Shown here piece after piece: positions 1 to 9,728 of a stretch of 64,000 nucleotides of DNA. Every line of letters begins with the position of its first letter. Position 1 is the stretch's first letter. The stretch is taken from NCBI GenBank assembly GCA_977862235.1, contig OZ374558.1:434001-498000 (forward strand), given 5' to 3'. A program made the translations under genes and the position numbers. The notes beneath the pieces are model-generated. The model was given only the letters and a program-made list of their open reading frames with translations, was not told the origin of the DNA and made no database searches. The stretch is from Dudresnaya verticillata (taxonomy: Eukaryota).

Positions 1-285
1 CGGATGGGTATCGATCGGTCTTCGATGGCAACCATCAAACTGGAATGCGTGTATATAGCATTATTATATGATTACTTTTAAATCGAATAAAACTAGAGAT
101 GTTGAAAAGGTCCAGTAGGAAACCATACGCGCGAAGTAGCGCTACTTATCAGCTTGAGGGTTTTAGGGATCGCTAACTTTGAAAGTATTTAATGGTACCA
201 TTCCTCGCATGTGTGCGTACGCGACTGATTGTGTATAAGTATCCAATTAAAGTACTTTACCCGTTGAGTATCAATATATTTATTG

Positions 286-1536
286 TTATAGACTGGCTAT
301 TCCATTGTCCCATTGCTCCTCAATATTATTACCAGAGTTACATTCCCCCATATCCGCCTCCCTGTCCTCCTCCCTTAAATCCACTCCAACTTCTTCCTCG
401 TTCAGCCTTTTGAACTCCTTTTCGTGCATGCGTACGCATTTGCTTTCCAAAATATTCTTCTGGTTGTACGTTCCAGGGAGCAAATCCTGCAAAGAGAGGC
501 TGTCCAGCACAATCTTGCATGGGTCGCAGAATCGATTACTCACAAAGCTTGTTGAGTCCAGACTCTTTTGCACTATCTCCTTGATGGTGTGACCCAGAAT
601 AACAACACATCGCAATGCAGACTTCTGCGTACGCATGAAAGCAGTTTCACCGGATACCCGGCAATATTCGACACAAATGTTCATTGCGACCTGTACCATG
701 TGAAAAGAGCGACGGATTGTTCTTTTCTCTCCACCAGAGTGCTTCCTGTTGTTCCCGGTACCGGAAACAACATAAACGTCATACTCGCTCAGCAGAACGA
801 AATCCTCATACTCTTCTAAAATGTTTGAGAAGAGCTTGGAGTTGTAGCTATCGGCTTGCAGGATTTTGGATTCGTCCGAACCTATTGAGCAAATCTCAGT
901 GTCGGGGATTGCACTGACTTGCCGATCAGTACGAACAGAGCCTTTCCCACTGTTATCCGTACGGATAGCTCCAGAGAGTGCGCCATTTTCCCTCGCCTTG
1001 CCCTCCGAACTGGGCCCATTCCAAAATGCAATACTGGATTGCTGGTCTTGTAACTCAGTACTGAGTGCTTTCCAGTTCACAAGCATGAACCCGATGTTTT
1101 GGAAGAAGGACAATTTCACAGCATCACGGGATGAATGCAGCTGGGTACCCAGTTTCCGATAGACCCTAAGTGCCCCGTGGATTGCCACTTCGTCGGAAGT
1201 TGGGTTCTCCGAAGGGGTGAGTTCACGAGATGCCCTGGACTTCTCCAACTGTGCCCTGGCGTGTAGAATGTGGTCCACATTCACAGCTCCAGACTTCAAC
1301 CAATCCGGACGGATTATTTTTGCCTGCGGATGCCCTTGCAGGTGTTCACCTCCAGAATAATCAGAAGGGCCTTCCAATTTGAGTTGAGATGTTAAAGACG
1401 GATTAGCAGCGGAGGATGAAGTTTGGTCTTTGGCTCGTACGAGACCAAATGGACCATTGGATTTCGGGTCAAGCCCAGACGTCTGTACGGAACCCTTTCC
1501 TCCTGGACAGGACCCTTTTGTGACCGGCGACTCCAT
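286..1536 (-). CDS. hypothetical protein (416 aa) inside putative CACTA element
   Basis: Long ATG-started ORF, no recognised motif. May be the 3' part of a disrupted gene that also includes 1630-2859. Confidence 0.4.
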   Translation of the reverse strand: MESPVTKGSCPGGKGSVQTSGLDPKSNGPFGLVRAKDQTSSSAANPSLTSQLKLEGPSDYSGGEHLQGHPQAKIIRPDWLKSGAVNVDHILHARAQLEKSRASRELTPSENPTSDEVAIHGALRVYRKLGTQLHSSRDAVKLSFFQNIGFMLVNWKALSTELQDQQSSIAFWNGPSSEGKARENGALSGAIRTDNSGKGSVRTDRQVSAIPDTEICSIGSDESKILQADSYNSKLFSNILEEYEDFVLLSEYDVYVVSGTGNNRKHSGGEKRTIRRSFHMVQVAMNICVEYCRVSGETAFMRTQKSALRCVVILGHTIKEIVQKSLDSTSFVSNRFCDPCKIVLDSLSLQDLLPGTYNQKNILESKCVRMHEKEFKRLNEEEVGVDLREEDREADMGECNSGNNIEEQWDNGIASL

Positions 1537-1629
1537 AAAGATCCCGAACGGGTCTCGAAATATGTTGAAGAATAGGTTTTGAACAACAGTAAACTTGAAC
1601 TGGCCATGATGCCTGCCTATCCCTTCCTC

Positions 1630-2859
1630 TCATTGCTTTCTCGTGGCAGCAGGCTGCAAACTGAACATCAAGGCTCCCAGACCAGCTGCACCACGGCTTC
1701 CCACTGAAAGATTCGTGGAGGGCACCGTATCGTTACAGTTTGTACGGGATCCATCAGGTTTCGAAGAACTTCGAAACAAATTGCAGACCAGTACTGGTAC
1801 ATTAAACGACATAATACGAGAAATAAGCATTGGATTGACAACAATATCAATGGAAGGCGTCAATGCATCTAGTTTCTTCTTCATCTCAGACTTTGTTGAC
1901 TTTCGGAAGGTTTTGCCGGTACCGGTTGCACCTTGGCTTCTGGACAGCAGCTGAACATGCCCACGAAGATCTTTCACTTGATCCTGAAGGGCACTTACAA
2001 GTGTTACCATATTTTGGTTTGCATGCAGGACCTTGTCAGTGGAATCAGCTAGATCCTTCTTCAACTCCGTACGGAGTGCCTCCAGAAGTCTAGACTGCGC
2101 GTTCGACAATGCTGTGACGATTTCAATATCATCGCCTGCTATTCCCTTCTTCGAAACCGTAGCTCTTCTCTTCACGGCTTCCATCTGTGCCTGTACAGGC
2201 CCTTTGAGTGGTGCGTAGTCATCAGGGCGTGGAGGTCCAAGCGGTGCTTTGACAAAAAGGTCTATTTCTTCAAGCTCTTCGTCTTGATTCACACCGGACG
2301 GTGTGATTCTAGAATCAGGATTCCCTTCTTTAGAAAGCTGAGCTCTCGGCCTGACAGGAGGACTTACAGGAGGAGTCTTGGTGTTGTACAACAACCTTCT
2401 CTTCTTTGACGGCAACGGTCTTCCATCTGTGTCCCGAGATGCAGTACTGCCTGGGCTTCTGTTAGGTCGTTCCGCAGACACTCTTTTGCGATAAGCGAGG
2501 AGAGGTGCTACTGGAGTATCCAGATTGGAAGAGTCCGGGCTATTCTTCTCGTTGGAAAGGGCTACCGAATGACGGGGAGGCGTCTCCGGAATTTTCTCAA
2601 GCGCTTCGAGACCAAGTGTTTCCTTGCTCCGTCCGGAGTCGTCTAATCCTTCTCGATTACTGCCCTTCAGTTTCCTCGCTGTTCGAGGAGAAGTGCGGGT
2701 ACCCTTGACCGTGGATCAGGGTGATACAGTGGATGCATCAGGGGCTGCAGACGCAGTCTCCCTCCTTCTCGATTCAGCACGAGCCGTTGCCTGAGCCTGA
2801 GACGCGGCCTTGTACCTAGCCATTTTGTCAGACGTACGTCTTTTCCGTGAAGGAGCCAT
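1630..2859 (-). pseudogene. disrupted low-complexity/coiled-coil ORF with NLS-like basic clusters, inside putative CACTA element
   Basis: 283-aa ORF 1630-2481 (SKKRR, heptad-like segment) plus an upstream fragment from ATG 2859 (MAPSRKRR), separated by stops or frameshifts. Confidence 0.3.
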
Positions 2860-3913
2860 AAGGCTAGAATGAGTTGTGTGCGCGTCTGATTCACAGTCTG
2901 CAACCCCGTTGTCCGTCACAGCGGAGCCAGAACATACACAAAGGTAAGGAAGACCGTATTTGACTATGAACGTCTTCCCGTATGAATGATCCAGACAGGC
3001 GCAGTGGGCATCCAGTACGGGGTCCAGAATCTTATACATGATTGAGCGGAAGATATTGGTGCATGCGGAGCGCGCCAGTAAAGAAAATCCAGTTCACACC
3101 TAATAGACAAGCGCTGATCTTCGTGTTTCACAAACCGTTTCGCTTTTGCGCGAGCACATAGTTAGTAAAGCAGTACTGATATCGATCTGAACAGACACAA
3201 TGGCGGAAAAGCATATGCAGACGTAGGTCTATGGGCAATGCTGTGGTATCGCAATACTATGTTTACATTGGAGAGCTTGTATTACAGAGCTGCACTTGAG
3301 CCACCCGTACGGGTGGTTCAGAGCGTATGGGATACCCGGAGATGATCCAATGAGTTTCAGTTCCTCGATTATAATGCGACAGTGTCTGCAATAGATTCAT
3401 GTATAGGCCCAAGAACAATGATATGGCAGATTTACAAGGAATATAATTATTGTTTTACAATCCTGAAAAGGCTGTTCGGGAACAACGTGTCTGTAGGAGC
3501 GGGAGAAGAGGGTGTAACTCACGCTGTTGCCGAGGCTTCTGTACAGAAATATCTCCTAATGAAACCAATGAAACCAACGAATCACTGGTCTGGCCCGATA
3601 ACATCATTCTTTGAGGAAAATGTGAGCGAGACACTTGCAATTACGTGTCACTATCTCTTTCCATCCGGAGCTCCTGCAGGAAATGCGTACGCAATGCTTT
3701 GCTAATGTGTTAGTGTAGCACAGTAATGTACATTAGAATATCCGTCGCGAGAGCGCAGGGCTCCATGGAGCGACTGCAGTCGCGCGACTCTGGCGTGTAT
3801 CTTATGCACGCCCACAATCTACTCAACGCACTAGCAGAAGCAATTGTCGACCGTACGGTCATTCGCGAGCAGCACCTGATCAAGTATCATCCCATCGAGG
3901 CAACTTTCTCAAG

Positions 3914-5482
3914 ATGAGTCAAAGGCCTCGGCGAACCACATCCTCTGACCCCTTTGTGGTACCACGGAGAGGGGAGTTTATTGAAGTCCTTTGGACACTT
4001 GACCAGATCCCCGAATCCCCGGAATCCTAGTGCATTGCTGAGGTTCTGCACATATTTGAAGACTACGCGAAGGGTTGCATTGGAAGGGGTGTAATCAGAT
4101 ATACGAGGACCCAGTACTGGGAGGAGCAAGTTCAGAACGTCACATTCCATTGCGACTACATCCTTCGGGTCTTCGACGAGGACGCGAACACGTCCGACCA
4201 AATCAACGGTACCGTTGAACTAAACGAAGGTTCGTGCGGAAGGGATTCGGGAGGGGCATATGAGGCGGAGGAGGACCCAAGATTGTCTTGGAGGTACACT
4301 GCGCGTACCTTTCCGTCGGATGAGCAGGATGCTGATGAATCCGACGAGGACTGGTACGAGACAAGGACTCCTGTACAGAAGTCAAAATGTGGATCCACGC
4401 TTCGAAGCGTCCGGGGCACAAAGCTCAATGCAGGCATACTGGACAGTGGCACTGAAGTGAAGAGGCTTCGGGAAGCATATGCTACAATTTCTGTACAGCC
4501 AGAAAAGTTGAAAGTGATGATGTTGGACCATTCCAAGAGACTTCATGATATTGAAAGCGCCCATGGGCAGGATAAGTACCTGTACAGGTCTAGTATTGCT
4601 CCGAGCCCATCGCAGCTCCGTTCGCGAGTACTCGCGCACTTGCGACATAAACTCGCAGTAAGACTACAAGCTTCAATCAAACCGCTCCCACACGTACTGG
4701 GAAAGAGGTCTCTAAAGATGAAGGATAGTTGTGGGGAAAGGTTGCCATTCAGCGCCTCTTTTGTTGACGGAGTACTCCGTGGTGTAATTAAGGTAAGGGT
4801 GGAATGTGAGCTTGCTGAATTCGAAGCCATCGCCCGCAGTATGAGATCGAGAGTCGAAGGCGTTCGTCTTCGATTCTACCCTGCATTTTCCGAGACACAG
4901 GTTCCATTGCTGAATAGCGAATGGTTTTCCATTGTCTTTCCGTGTTTCGCAAATCTATGTGCACAAATTGGAATCGAATCCGTCTCGGATAGATTGGAGA
5001 TGCTCCGTAAGTGCGGTACCGCATCCGGGAAGGACCTGCTTCGAATTCTCGGAAGTTACTTCTACCATGAAGACCGCAAAAAGCCAGCGATATTATATGT
5101 TGCTGCATCACTGCCACCGAGGGATTCGGACGCTTCCCCGGTACCGGGGAGTGACGGAAGCGCCAGGGCTATCCTCAGCGATGACGGGCAAAACAGTCCT
5201 ATGTATGAGTCGTACGACATACCTGTGCTTCACCGCGAAACCCGTCAGTGGAATAAGGAAGAAAGACGCTTTCTTTCCAGATTGACTTTGCATATGGAGA
5301 AGGAGCAGAGGCCGTCCGGAAAACTCATCCGTACGGAAAGAGCAGAGGAGGCTTTCATGGTTACTTGGCGACGCTCTCCTGAAGCGTCGGCAAGAGTATG
5401 GTCTCGAACACTTGTCAGTACTGACTGTGTATTAGGAACGCTGGAGATATCTCTTCCTTTTGTACAAACTACCGGAATCTAG
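3914..5482 (+). pseudogene. ~522-codon ORF with one internal stop; N-terminus Tudor/SH3-fold-like (GEFIEVLW...AEV...G.IRY)
   Basis: ATG 3914 is in frame with ORF 4283-5482. The only interruption read is TAG at 4028-4030. Fold call by eye. Confidence 0.45.
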
Positions 5483-5874
5483 CTCTGTGCTGAGTTTGGA
5501 GGGCTCGCAAACGATGACGTGCTACGCGGCGCGTGCTGCCTACACAGCTCAGTGACGTCGCTGCACTAGTACTAGATTAGTATAGCAGTAGCTGTACAGC
5601 TCTTACAAACATGTCCAACATGCATGTTGCGTAAATCAGCGTACCCTTGCGAGTGAATTCGTGCGCGCATGCCCACGCGCGTACGCGCATGGGCCCCATG
5701 GGGGCGTCCAGTACTACAGCAGGTGCTATTGGTCTGGGACGGGTCGAGTATTGTTCCCGCAGCACATTTCTTGCTGGGCCAGACCAATGCCCAGTAATGA
5801 GAAAATTTTAGAAATAAATGTAGTGCCCCAGCGCAGCATTTTTATTGGGGTTTTCCAGAAATGGACTTGTAGTG

Positions 5875-7428
5875 GACCTCCTCGGTCGCTGGTCCGCGCC
5901 TGCTACCATTCGCCGATTGGTACACATCCCTGAACTACCTTCTTCGGTCGCCCCGGAATTCGAGTGGCCTACACTTACCGAAATGGTAAACGTCCAAAAA
6001 ACCTTTGAGGATGAGCGCCCTACGAACCTACCCCTGGTCAATAACGCGTGGCGTAATCCTCACGGAGCAATTTGGATCCCCGACTCCGCTACGGATCTCC
6101 AACTACGGTTGTGCATCATCGCGCACACCGGACCTAGTGGACACCGCGGCCGGGATTCTACGATTACGATTCTTCGTCACCACTATTTTTGGTCTACACT
6201 TACCACGGACGTCCGCACCTTCGTCCGTGCATGTATCCATTGTTTGTCAAATCTTGGAGGGGGGAAGATACCTCGTCCATTCGGTCCTGCCATCCATGGT
6301 ACCGCGCCAAATGAATTACTACAGTTCGACTACATTGAGTTGGGACCTAGTAGGACTGGCGAAAAATATGTACTCATGATGAGAGACGACCATTCGGATT
6401 ACAAGTGGTTCTTTGCCTTTTCGGACACCTCCGCGGAAAACGCAGCCGTCGCCATAATCGACTGGTCAGCCGCTTTCGGTGTACCAAATGGTTTACTTTC
6501 GGACGGACCAACACATTTCAAAAATGAAACCGTTCGGCTGGTGTGCAAGGGACTTAAAGTTCCTCACCACTTCACTCTTCCCTACAGTCCATGGAGCAAT
6601 GGGGCTGTGGAACGAGTGGGAAAAGAACTTCTAAGAGTTTTCCGATCGGTACTATCTGAACTTCAGATGAATCTGACGGAGTGGCCCGATCTTCTTCCGA
6701 TGGTACAAAGTGTGCTCAACAATGCACCAAGCCCTCAACGAGGAAACCTATCTCCAGTCAAAGCTTTCCTTGGTCGCGAACCAACCGCACCAATCAGTAC
6801 CTTCATGCGTACGGAAACAACCAAGCCGGTATCACTCGATGAGTTACAACAAGAGCGCTTGCTAAACATTGACGGGCTACAAGAACATATGGCACAAATT
6901 CACCCTATGGTTCAAGATACTGTCAAGGCAATACGTGAACGGCAACGCGGGGCTACCTCCAAAGGACACCTCGCAAACTTCACTGAAGGTGACTATGTAT
7001 TAGTGGCCCGAGAAGAGTTCTTTGCTGGCGAAAAACTTGCCCTTCGTTGGCGTGGACCACGTCGGGTTATCAAAGCACTAAACGATTACGTTTACCAAGT
7101 CGAGGATCTCCGCAATGGTCAACTCGATGAGATTCATGGGAGTCGTCTCAAGTTTTATAGAGATTCATCCCTGAACCAAACGGAAATCATGTCACATGTA
7201 CTGTCATCCGAAACAGGTATGCCCGTGGCTCGACTTATGAAGCTTGTGGATACCGATGATGGTCTCATGGTTCTCGTTCGCTGGAAAGGTCTCCCAAATT
7301 CGGAAGACACTTTAGAACCATTAGGTCAAGTCTACGAAGATGTACCGCAGATGTTACTTCGATTACTTCAACGCAAGAACACTCTGCAAGAGTTACTTGA
7401 GAAGGCGCGTAGCCTTCTTGCGCTCTAA
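5875..7428 (+). CDS. pol: Gypsy pol C-terminus: HHCC zinc finger, DDE integrase core, GPY/F-like region, chromodomain
   Basis: AHTGPSGHRG...CIHC; FDYI, SDGPTHF, NGAVER; RWRGP; VLVRWKGLPNSEDTLEP. The ORF-track start at 5845 lies in the inserted CACTA end. Confidence 0.92.
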   Translation, partial: DLLGRWSAPATIRRLVHIPELPSSVAPEFEWPTLTEMVNVQKTFEDERPTNLPLVNNAWRNPHGAIWIPDSATDLQLRLCIIAHTGPSGHRGRDSTITILRHHYFWSTLTTDVRTFVRACIHCLSNLGGGKIPRPFGPAIHGTAPNELLQFDYIELGPSRTGEKYVLMMRDDHSDYKWFFAFSDTSAENAAVAIIDWSAAFGVPNGLLSDGPTHFKNETVRLVCKGLKVPHHFTLPYSPWSNGAVERVGKELLRVFRSVLSELQMNLTEWPDLLPMVQSVLNNAPSPQRGNLSPVKAFLGREPTAPISTFMRTETTKPVSLDELQQERLLNIDGLQEHMAQIHPMVQDTVKAIRERQRGATSKGHLANFTEGDYVLVAREEFFAGEKLALRWRGPRRVIKALNDYVYQVEDLRNGQLDEIHGSRLKFYRDSSLNQTEIMSHVLSSETGMPVARLMKLVDTDDGLMVLVRWKGLPNSEDTLEPLGQVYEDVPQMLLRLLQRKNTLQELLEKARSLLAL

Positions 7429-7438
7429 AAGAGGGGAG
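7427..7438 (+). other. polypurine tract of Gypsy element
   Basis: AAAAGAGGGGAG directly before LTR-initial TG. Confidence 0.85.
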
Positions 7439-7717
7439 TGTACCAGGATGGAATACCTGGTAGGTTTCTACCGGCACAGTTCTGCTGGTGGCTCTTTTGA
7501 TTCTACCATGTAGGTTCCTATGCGTAGGACTTACATACTTTATCTTAAATACCTCTTGGTTACTGTACTCTGCACTAGTAGTTTTGCTCCATGAGTTAGT
7601 ATATAACCAAGTGGTTTCTCTAGAGAAGCCCTCCTTAGAGAGGCGTCGAAACATCAGAACAACACAACCCCAAAAAACAAAGTTTCCCCAGGCTACAAAA
7701 TCTTTAAGCCTGTCACA
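7439..7717 (+). repeat. 3' LTR of Gypsy element (279 bp)
   Basis: Starts TGTACC and ends GTCACA. The right boundary is where identity to the paralogous site at 23025 begins. Confidence 0.85.
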
Positions 7718-9438
7718 CTACCCTTGACACAATACGAATTGAATATATCCCAGACACTACAAAAATGTTATCCCCCTATGAAGCTGTCTATTTAAAGCAC
7801 GGGCTTTTTTCACGCTCAGAAGTACTGTTCTAATAACTCCTTGATCTCTAGAAAGAGACATAGTTTCTAGACTTAAAGCTCCAACATTGATATCTATTTC
7901 TGGGACGACTGCAAAACTAGAGCGAGATGCCATCCATATCAGTTTATTGAACAAGGAAACCCTCTGGTTGTGTCCCCTGGCGAAGTTCTATCACCATCGC
8001 AGCCATGCCTGTCAATTGGATCTGAAATCCAACAACCATCCACAGAAGTTTTTGATATGGAAAGAATGTTTTCCGGTTGGAAACAAGTCAAGCTACGGTA
8101 ACAGAGATGTTCTCTTTTTATTTCTTGTCTAGGGTGGTCCTATGCGGGCAAATAGGGCCCATGGTGGGCAATAACATATACAGACGTAGAAGCGTGCCAA
8201 GAATGCCAAGAGTGCTGTTCTTTTCAATTTTCGTCGCACCAAAAAACGAGAGAGGACCCGTGGCCGTCAAGACACTACCCCGTACAAGGGGTAAGGGGAC
8301 TCGGACCAACCAGCTTCCAGAAACACCAAGTCCTGCTTGCTGAAAAGGATGAGATACGTAAAGAGTTGCTGCGGTTGGCAACCTCGGCCTGCCTGGTCGG
8401 GCAGTGAATTAGCCCTCTGAGCGGTGAGTGATGACGACGGATGGGTGTGGCCTTTTTGCGTGCTCATCTGCAAGCGCCCTGAGGTATGAGCATCCACAAG
8501 GGACATAGACTCGTGTGTGTCTGCTACGGGTATTACCGCCATGTGTCTACAATTCCTTGACGCTTTGGCCAAGTCTCATCACCCACTGCTTCTTGGCAAG
8601 CTACTGCAACGCTGCATTTCTGCGCTGCAAGGACATGCCAAGCAGCAAGCAGCAGGGGTACCGAGCTTTGTACTGTATACATGCCCTTCGTAGTCATATA
8701 TCGGCGAAAGTGGAGTGCAAAGAGCAGGTCCCAGGTAGACGATTACCCAAGCTTCTGTTTTGTCTGCCATCTCCGGGTATAGCGTTCTCCCCTATCTGAC
8801 AGCCGAACTGCTCCGATTCAAACTTCTCCTCGCTCCGCCTCTGCACGCCGTCATGCTAACCATCACGATCGTAAGCTCGCGATTTGCTGACACCTCTGGA
8901 TGTGCCCCATTCCTCCGCTTTCTGACAATTCTTTCTCTGTCGGCCCCTCCCGACTTTGACTCAACTGTTCTCTATCTTCAGTTTCGGGTTTCATAGGGCC
9001 CGACTCAGACCGTCCGAGCCGACAACGTTTCCATAACATACCGGCTGCCATCCATACCCTTTTTGCGCTACGCGCTTTACCTCTACTTGCGCCAGTAGGT
9101 TTCTCTCCCTGAAAAGTCGCCCGGTTTTTGTTTTAGCATCGGTCTACTGTGTCCTTGTGGGTTGGAATAGGCCGTGGGTGTTGCGTAGCTACGAGGACTC
9201 ACCTTAAACTGTTTCCAGAATATTCATCGCGAACGGCATTTGTATACTCGTGTCACGGTCCTACTACGGCTGGTACCGATGATTGCAATCTGACCCAGAA
9301 CTGGCACGTTTCATGCATCTAGTGAACCTTTGTGGTGGTCGCAGGGGGATCTGGGATATGCAAACTACGGAATAGGGGCAGGACCAGTACTCAGACCACA
9401 TTGGTTGACACCTACGGAACCACACTGGCGAAGGAAAC

Positions 9439-9656
9439 TGTCAAAAGCAGTAACAACTGCAGTGCGTCCTCAATCGAGATGCACACGAATTTGGCCTTCA
9501 CCAAATTCGGAGGTAACCAAATGTAGGAGTTACCCTTTGTAGTATTGAAGCTTTAGAGAGTTTGGCTACCCACGAGTAGTATAAGTTACCTCGCACATTG
9601 AAGTGAATAGAGGTAGACACAAGTAAACAACCAAGCCAACTTCTCAACTCTCAACA
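9439..9656 (+). repeat. Copia 5' LTR
   Basis: TGTCAAAAG...CTCTCAACA, identical by eye to 13925-14142. Confidence 0.95.
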
Positions 9657-9666
9657 GGTTATGGGC
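9657..9666 (+). other. primer binding site, half-tRNA-iMet (Drosophila copia-like) type
   Basis: GGTTATGGGC abuts the 5' LTR and is complementary to the anticodon arm of initiator tRNA-Met. Confidence 0.75.
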
Positions 9667-9728
9667 TACTAAAGGCTACTGTGCTACGCTGAATTGTCTC
9701 CTCTGTGCTACCGACCGCCAGTACCACG

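Larger units (their letters stand above)
1..5874. mobile_element. CACTA/EnSpm DNA transposon, one arm (other end upstream of window), nested in a Gypsy pol gene
   Basis: Ends in CTTGTAGTG (5866-5874), the reverse complement of the canonical CACTACAAG terminus. Gypsy pol coding sequence (DLLGRW, end of RNase H) resumes immediately after. No transposase recognised, so the left extent is inferred. Confidence 0.65.
5875..7717 (+). mobile_element. Ty3/Gypsy chromovirus-type LTR retrotransposon, 3' portion
   Basis: Integrase plus chromodomain ORF, PPT and TG...CA LTR in the expected order. Confidence 0.9.

Noticed and set aside
3297..3320. 24-bp near-perfect palindrome TGAGCCACCCGTACGGGTGGTTCA between divergent ORFs
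   Set aside because: Single short instance with no independent support for function; covered by the GTAC finding.
5845..5874. ORF-track start of the integrase ORF
   Set aside because: These codons belong to the inserted CACTA terminus, not to pol.
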